From NCBI GenBank assembly GCA_020720765.1, contig DYOB01000003.1, forward strand, positions 3,170 to 67,169: DNA of 64,000 nt, read 5' to 3'. Origin of the DNA: Borreliella garinii (GTDB lineage Bacteria > Spirochaetota > Spirochaetia > JABEVK01). Made by a program: the position numbers and the translations under genes. Numbering within the stretch: position 1 is the first letter of the stretch; every line of letters starts with the position of its first letter. Shown piece by piece: positions 59,429 through 64,000 of the stretch. The notes beneath the pieces are model-generated. The model saw only the letters and a program-made list of their open reading frames with translations. It ran no database searches and was not told the origin of the DNA.

Positions 59429-62400
59429 CTACTCTAAAGCGAGGTTGGCCCTCCAGACCTCCATACACCAGGGTTGTCCTAGTATTTTTTTCATATCCTC
59501 GGGGGAGGTTGAAAGGGAAAAAGGGGCTAAGATCCGCGTTTCCGACTTTAAATCCTTTGGTTGAAGGTAGATAGCCAATTTCGCAGGACCAGTTAAAGCC
59601 CTCAAGTAGTCGTGGATGACCATGATATCGCTGGTTTTATAAAAGTCGGGTTTTATTCTGATACAAACCCCCATAGCCTGGTTCGATACCAGTGAAAGAG
59701 GAAGTTCGAGGTCGTTGACAATAAACTGGGCCTCGTTCTCATAAAAATCCACCCGGCCTTTTAGCCCGACGATGGTGTCTTCCAGGTAAGACTCGTGTAC
59801 CCGTTCGTACACTTTCGGGTACATCCTCAACTGGATGCTTCCGTGAAAATCTTCAAGAACACCGCTGGCCATGGTATCACCCTTTTTCGTCGCAAAAGTG
59901 CGGAGATTTTTTAGTTGTCCGAAAATCTGATAATCTTTATTGGTGTCGGCCTTTCTGACCTTTTTCAGATCCAGGGAGGTGTAAGATTCCCACTCTTTAT
60001 AGTATTCATCCATGGGGTGTCCCGAGAAAAAAAAGCCGAGAAGTTTCTTTTCGGTTTCCAGCCTCTTATTTTTTTCAATCTCTGGCATTTCCTCCATCCT
60101 TAAGGGCGGGAGGTCTTCGCCGGCATCCCCGAAAAGACTCGATTGTCCCGAAGCCTGATCTTCCTTCACCGATAAGACTCTTTCAAGGAGTTTGGGGAGG
60201 TAGTGGATCATGGTGGCGCGGTTAGGGCCCAACCCGTCCATGGCACCGCAAAGAATCAAAAATTCTACAACTTTGTGACCGATAACCCGGTTATTGACCC
60301 TTTCCAGGAAATCCAGGAGATCTCTAAAAGGCCCCTTGGATTCCCTGGCCCGGAGTATTTCGTCCACGGGGCCGTCGCCGAGATTTTTCACACCGAGAAG
60401 CCCGAAAACAATTTTCCCCTCGTGGACTGCAAAGTACTTTTCGCTGAGGTTGACGTGGGGCGGGGCGAGTTCCAAATCCATTAGTTTGGCTTCTTCAATG
60501 TATTCGCCGAGTTTGTCGTGGTTGGCCATTTCGTTTGTAAGGTTGGCGGCAAGAAATTCAGCCGGGTGGTTGGCCTTGAGATACGCTGTCATATAAGCGA
60601 GAACGGAATACGCGGCAGCGTGGCTTTTATTGAAACCGTAGTCTGCAAAAGGCACGAGAAGTTCAAAGACCTCATCGGCGAGTTTTTCTGAGTAGCCGAG
60701 TTTTTTCGCCCCTTCAATAAAAGGAATTTTCTCAGGAGGTAATAGGTACTTTTTCTTTTTACCCATAATTCGGCGTAGAAGGTCTGCGCGTCCCAGGCTG
60801 TACCCTGCAATCTTCCTGGCGATTTCCATCACCTGTTCCTGGTACACGATAACACCGTAGGTGGGCTTTAAAATGGTTTCCAAGTCCGGATGGGGGTAGG
60901 AGATGGATCGTTTTCCTAGTTTTGATTCTGCGAATTGGGGAATGTTCGCCATAGGGCCGGGGCGGTACAAAGCGTTGAGGGCCGTCAGTTCCTCGATGCT
61001 TTTCGGTTGGGATTTTTTGAGAACCTTACGCATGCCGAAGCTCTCAAACTGGAACACCATGGAACTTTTTCCCTCGCAAAGCATTTTAAAGGTTGCCTCA
61101 TCTTGCGTGGGAATCTCTTCTTCCTTTATAACAATGTTGCGTTTTTTTAGGAGTTTTAAAGTATTCCGAACGAGAGTCAGGGTTTTCAACCCGAGAAAGT
61201 CCATTTTTACAAGACCGCAGTCTTCCAAAAGTTCCATGGTGTACTGTGTTGAAATACCGCCTGTTTTTGGATCCTTATAGAGCGGGACGAAATCAGTAAG
61301 GTGGCTTTTCCCTATCACGATTCCCGCCGCATGCGTGCTTGCGTGCCTATTCATTCCTTCGATAAAACAGGCTGTGTCAAAAAGCTCCTTATAGATACCG
61401 CCCTGGTCGTAAAGGTTTTTCAACTCAGGGGTTGCCTGGATCATTTTTTTCAATTTCATGGGTTTGTCGGTTTCGGGATCGACAAGTTTATCGTTGACAA
61501 ATTTCGTGATGAAATTACTTTCGTTAAAGCTGATGCCGAGGACACGTCCCACATCCTTAACCGCGGCTTTGGGTTTTAAAGTTCCAAAGGTGATGATCTG
61601 ACCCACGCTGTCTTTCCCATATTTTTCAGTAACATAATCGATAACTTCACCGCGTCTTTCGAAGCAAAAATCCACATCGAAGTCCGGCATGCTGATACGT
61701 TCGGGGTTTAAAAACCGTTCAAAGAGAAGCAAGTACTGAAGTGGGTCCAGATCTGTGATTCTCAGACTGTAAGCGACCAAACTCCCCGCACCCGAGCCGC
61801 GGCCTGGACCTACGGGAATTTCATTGTCCTTAGCCCAGTTGATAAAATCCGCGACAATTAAAAAATAACCAACGAAGTCCATTAAAATGATGATGCCCAA
61901 TTCATAATCAAGCCTATCGAGAATTTCCTTGGTCAAGGTCGAATACCGTTTTCTCAGTCCCCGGTGGGAGAGATAAATAAAATATCGGGTCACCGGTGAA
62001 TTCAACCGTTTCCTGTATTGGGCACGAACCAAAGAAGAAACTTCGTTAAGGGGCTTTTTACCGTAACTTTTATGGGTTTTAGCTACTGCTTCGTCCGAAA
62101 GGGATTCAAGGTAAAGCGATACGCGGGCCGTGTCCTCGTGTGTGGATTCCTGTTGATCGATGTCGAAGGTGGCCGGAACGTCAAACTCAGGGAGAAGCGG
62201 ACCGGGAAAAAGCATGGTGACGTTGCATGAAGCAGCGATTTTAACGGTATTTTCCACAGCCTCGGGGTATTTCTGGAAAAGTTGTTCCATTTCCTGGGCG
62301 GAGCGGAAACAGTATTCACCGAAACCCCTGCGTGTGCGGCCAAGGTCATTTTTTTTCTGCCCTGTTCCAATGCATTGGAGGGTATCCTGGTATTCCGCGT

Positions 62401-63022
62401 GTTCTCTTTCGATGTAAATCACTTTATTTGTGGCAACCAAGGGGAGGCTGAGTTTTTTACCGAGATCAACGAGAAGGGCGATAAGTTTCCTTTCTTCCGG
62501 TAGACCATGATCCATAATCTCCAGGTAGAATCTTTCGGGGAAAATCCGGGCGAAATCCCTTGCTACTGTTTCCGCCTCATTGAGTTGGTTCTTGAGTAGA
62601 AGTGAGGCAACTCGGCTTTTTTCATCACCGGAAAGCAAAATAACACCTACGGAATGTTTTTCTAACACCTCAAGGTTGATAGAGGGTTTTTCCCCCAAGG
62701 ATTCAAGAAATCCCAATGAACTCATGAGTTGAATATTGTGCCAGCCCTTATCGTTTTGTGCGAGGAGGGTCACGTTGTGGAAGGCCGAGTCGGTTTGAAT
62801 ATCAAGAGAAATTCCTAGAACCGGTTGGATACCCTGTTTCTTAGCTTCTTTGTAAAAACGCGCTGAACCGAAAAGATTCCCCGAATCCGTGAGGGCTACG
62901 GCCGACATACCCGATTCCTTAGCCTTTTTTATGAGTTTTTCAACAGTCGTGCAGCCTTCAAGTAAAGAGAAATCCGACCTGCAGTTAAGATGGACAAATT
63001 CGGGCATAAAAGCCTCCTTCAT
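59429..63022 (-). CDS. dnaE: DNA polymerase III alpha subunit
   Basis: GPGRGSGAGS, FERFLNPERISMPDFDVDF, KMDFLGL, YGFNKSH; PHP domain degenerate. Confidence 0.97.
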   Translation of the reverse strand: MKEAFMPEFVHLNCRSDFSLLEGCTTVEKLIKKAKESGMSAVALTDSGNLFGSARFYKEAKKQGIQPVLGISLDIQTDSAFHNVTLLAQNDKGWHNIQLMSSLGFLESLGEKPSINLEVLEKHSVGVILLSGDEKSRVASLLLKNQLNEAETVARDFARIFPERFYLEIMDHGLPEERKLIALLVDLGKKLSLPLVATNKVIYIEREHAEYQDTLQCIGTGQKKNDLGRTRRGFGEYCFRSAQEMEQLFQKYPEAVENTVKIAASCNVTMLFPGPLLPEFDVPATFDIDQQESTHEDTARVSLYLESLSDEAVAKTHKSYGKKPLNEVSSLVRAQYRKRLNSPVTRYFIYLSHRGLRKRYSTLTKEILDRLDYELGIIILMDFVGYFLIVADFINWAKDNEIPVGPGRGSGAGSLVAYSLRITDLDPLQYLLLFERFLNPERISMPDFDVDFCFERRGEVIDYVTEKYGKDSVGQIITFGTLKPKAAVKDVGRVLGISFNESNFITKFVNDKLVDPETDKPMKLKKMIQATPELKNLYDQGGIYKELFDTACFIEGMNRHASTHAAGIVIGKSHLTDFVPLYKDPKTGGISTQYTMELLEDCGLVKMDFLGLKTLTLVRNTLKLLKKRNIVIKEEEIPTQDEATFKMLCEGKSSMVFQFESFGMRKVLKKSQPKSIEELTALNALYRPGPMANIPQFAESKLGKRSISYPHPDLETILKPTYGVIVYQEQVMEIARKIAGYSLGRADLLRRIMGKKKKYLLPPEKIPFIEGAKKLGYSEKLADEVFELLVPFADYGFNKSHAAAYSVLAYMTAYLKANHPAEFLAANLTNEMANHDKLGEYIEEAKLMDLELAPPHVNLSEKYFAVHEGKIVFGLLGVKNLGDGPVDEILRARESKGPFRDLLDFLERVNNRVIGHKVVEFLILCGAMDGLGPNRATMIHYLPKLLERVLSVKEDQASGQSSLFGDAGEDLPPLRMEEMPEIEKNKRLETEKKLLGFFFSGHPMDEYYKEWESYTSLDLKKVRKADTNKDYQIFGQLKNLRTFATKKGDTMASGVLEDFHGSIQLRMYPKVYERVHESYLEDTIVGLKGRVDFYENEAQFIVNDLELPLSLVSNQAMGVCIRIKPDFYKTSDIMVIHDYLRALTGPAKLAIYLQPKDLKSETRILAPFSLSTSPEDMKKILGQPWCMEVWRANLALE

Positions 63023-63879
63023 TAAAAATAGGGATTCATCACCGATTCTGACAGGTCTTTAAAAGTACGATAAACAAAGGTTCTGATTTTTTCTTTTCGG
63101 CGTTCGGGGTCGGCGGTTTCGTATTTCTGAGATTGAATTATAAGCCTTGAGACCAGATATTGTATATCTTTATCCTTTAAAGGAAAGTTTTGACCGGCCA
63201 GAGATTCTTCGGCGGCAAGATCTCTTATGAGATTTCCATTTTCCAAAATAACACCAACCCGTATTATCCCTAGTGCTTCTTTACTTGCTGAAGCGAGTGC
63301 CGCAAAACGCATTCCGCGGTTTGTTTCTGTGTTCCATTTGCCTATCGAGGAATATCTGAAAAAATTCCAAATATCCGACGGAACGCGCACACGGGTCAAA
63401 ATCTCTTCTTTCTTTATAGGTATGCCGCCAGCCTCCCAAATTCTATCGGAATTTAACCAAACCGAGGAGTTCGCTGAGCGGATTTCTACCGCAGAGCCCA
63501 GGAGAAAAATAGGAAGAAAAAGATCACCGGGTTTGGGCTGCATACATAAATTGCCGCCCAATGTTATTATGTTTTTCATCGGCCAGGATGCAAACTGACC
63601 TAAAACTTCGCGCAACAACTCTGGAACTCTGGAACTTTTTAGGTCTATCAGTTCTCCCAGGGTAACAGAAGACCCGAATTCCAAACCCCTTTCATTCGCC
63701 TGAATTTTTTTAAGTTCCCTTACCTTATGTAGGCTGATGGCCACACGTTTAAGGATGAGCGAGCCGTCGCTGTTTTGGGGAATATGCGAACCACCTCCAA
63801 GGATGGTGGCATCCGGGTTTGCTTTTGCTAAAAGGAGCGCTTGGCTCAGTGTTTCGGGTGAATAAATCAGGGTGTTCAT
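63022..63879 (-). CDS. FAD-binding subunit of xanthine dehydrogenase/CoxM family (divergent)
   Basis: Start set at MNTLIYSPETL; ILGGGS, LEFGSSVTL, ITLGGNL, EILTRVRVP. Confidence 0.75.
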   Translation of the reverse strand: MNTLIYSPETLSQALLLAKANPDATILGGGSHIPQNSDGSLILKRVAISLHKVRELKKIQANERGLEFGSSVTLGELIDLKSSRVPELLREVLGQFASWPMKNIITLGGNLCMQPKPGDLFLPIFLLGSAVEIRSANSSVWLNSDRIWEAGGIPIKKEEILTRVRVPSDIWNFFRYSSIGKWNTETNRGMRFAALASASKEALGIIRVGVILENGNLIRDLAAEESLAGQNFPLKDKDIQYLVSRLIIQSQKYETADPERRKEKIRTFVYRTFKDLSESVMNPYF

Positions 63880-63880
63880 C

Positions 63881-64000
63881 TTATCGAGGGCCACGGCGCT
63901 GTTCCTTGATTTTAAAGAAGAGGTTGGCGGTTTCCACATACTCGTCTTCCCTTCCACAGACGCAGGGGATCATGGAAAGAGATTGATAGATCTGATGCTG
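63881..64000 (-). CDS. 3' end of a probable (2Fe-2S) small subunit (CoxS/XdhC-like), partial
   Basis: Translated by hand: QHQIYQSLSMIPCVCGREDEYVETANLFFKIKEQRRGPR; the CxC resembles LSGNLCRC; precedes the FAD subunit. Confidence 0.55.
   Translation of the reverse strand, partial: QHQIYQSLSMIPCVCGREDEYVETANLFFKIKEQRRGPR

Noticed and set aside
61995-62165. Possible intein in dnaE
   Set aside because: Too short, with no Cys/Ser start, no His-Asn end and no endonuclease motifs.

Overview
Chromosomal replication-origin region of a bacterium that is very probably a spirochaete. This is inferred from gyrBA divergent from dnaA-dnaN-recF-dciA-rpmH-rnpA-yidD-yidC-jag, an L34 ending SDEKKPY, tRNA-Arg(GCG), and the ctpA/rsmE/MinD-like/lgt cluster. 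The window is gene-dense and mostly housekeeping: oriC DnaA boxes on both sides of dnaA, parS, parAB, four tRNAs, SRP RNA, dnaX-ybaB-recR, gatCAB-aspS, nadABC, ilvD, a DAHP synthase, recG and dnaE. I saw no IS elements, prophage or CRISPR. Most notable: (1) a coupled operon of a cystatin-like lipoprotein and a papain-family protease that lacks a normal prodomain and carries a C12 tract and an acidic FF-repeat tail; (2) two tandem lipoprotein EEP nucleases followed by an unknown beta-rich exported protein; (3) dnaX whose full-length tau needs a -1 shift at an A10 run; (4) tandem NadQ-type operators over the nadABC promoter; (5) many apparently leaderless promoters; (6) a degenerate DnaE PHP site and a GH63-like protein lacking its catalytic residues. 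All family calls come from motif recognition by eye, not database searches.
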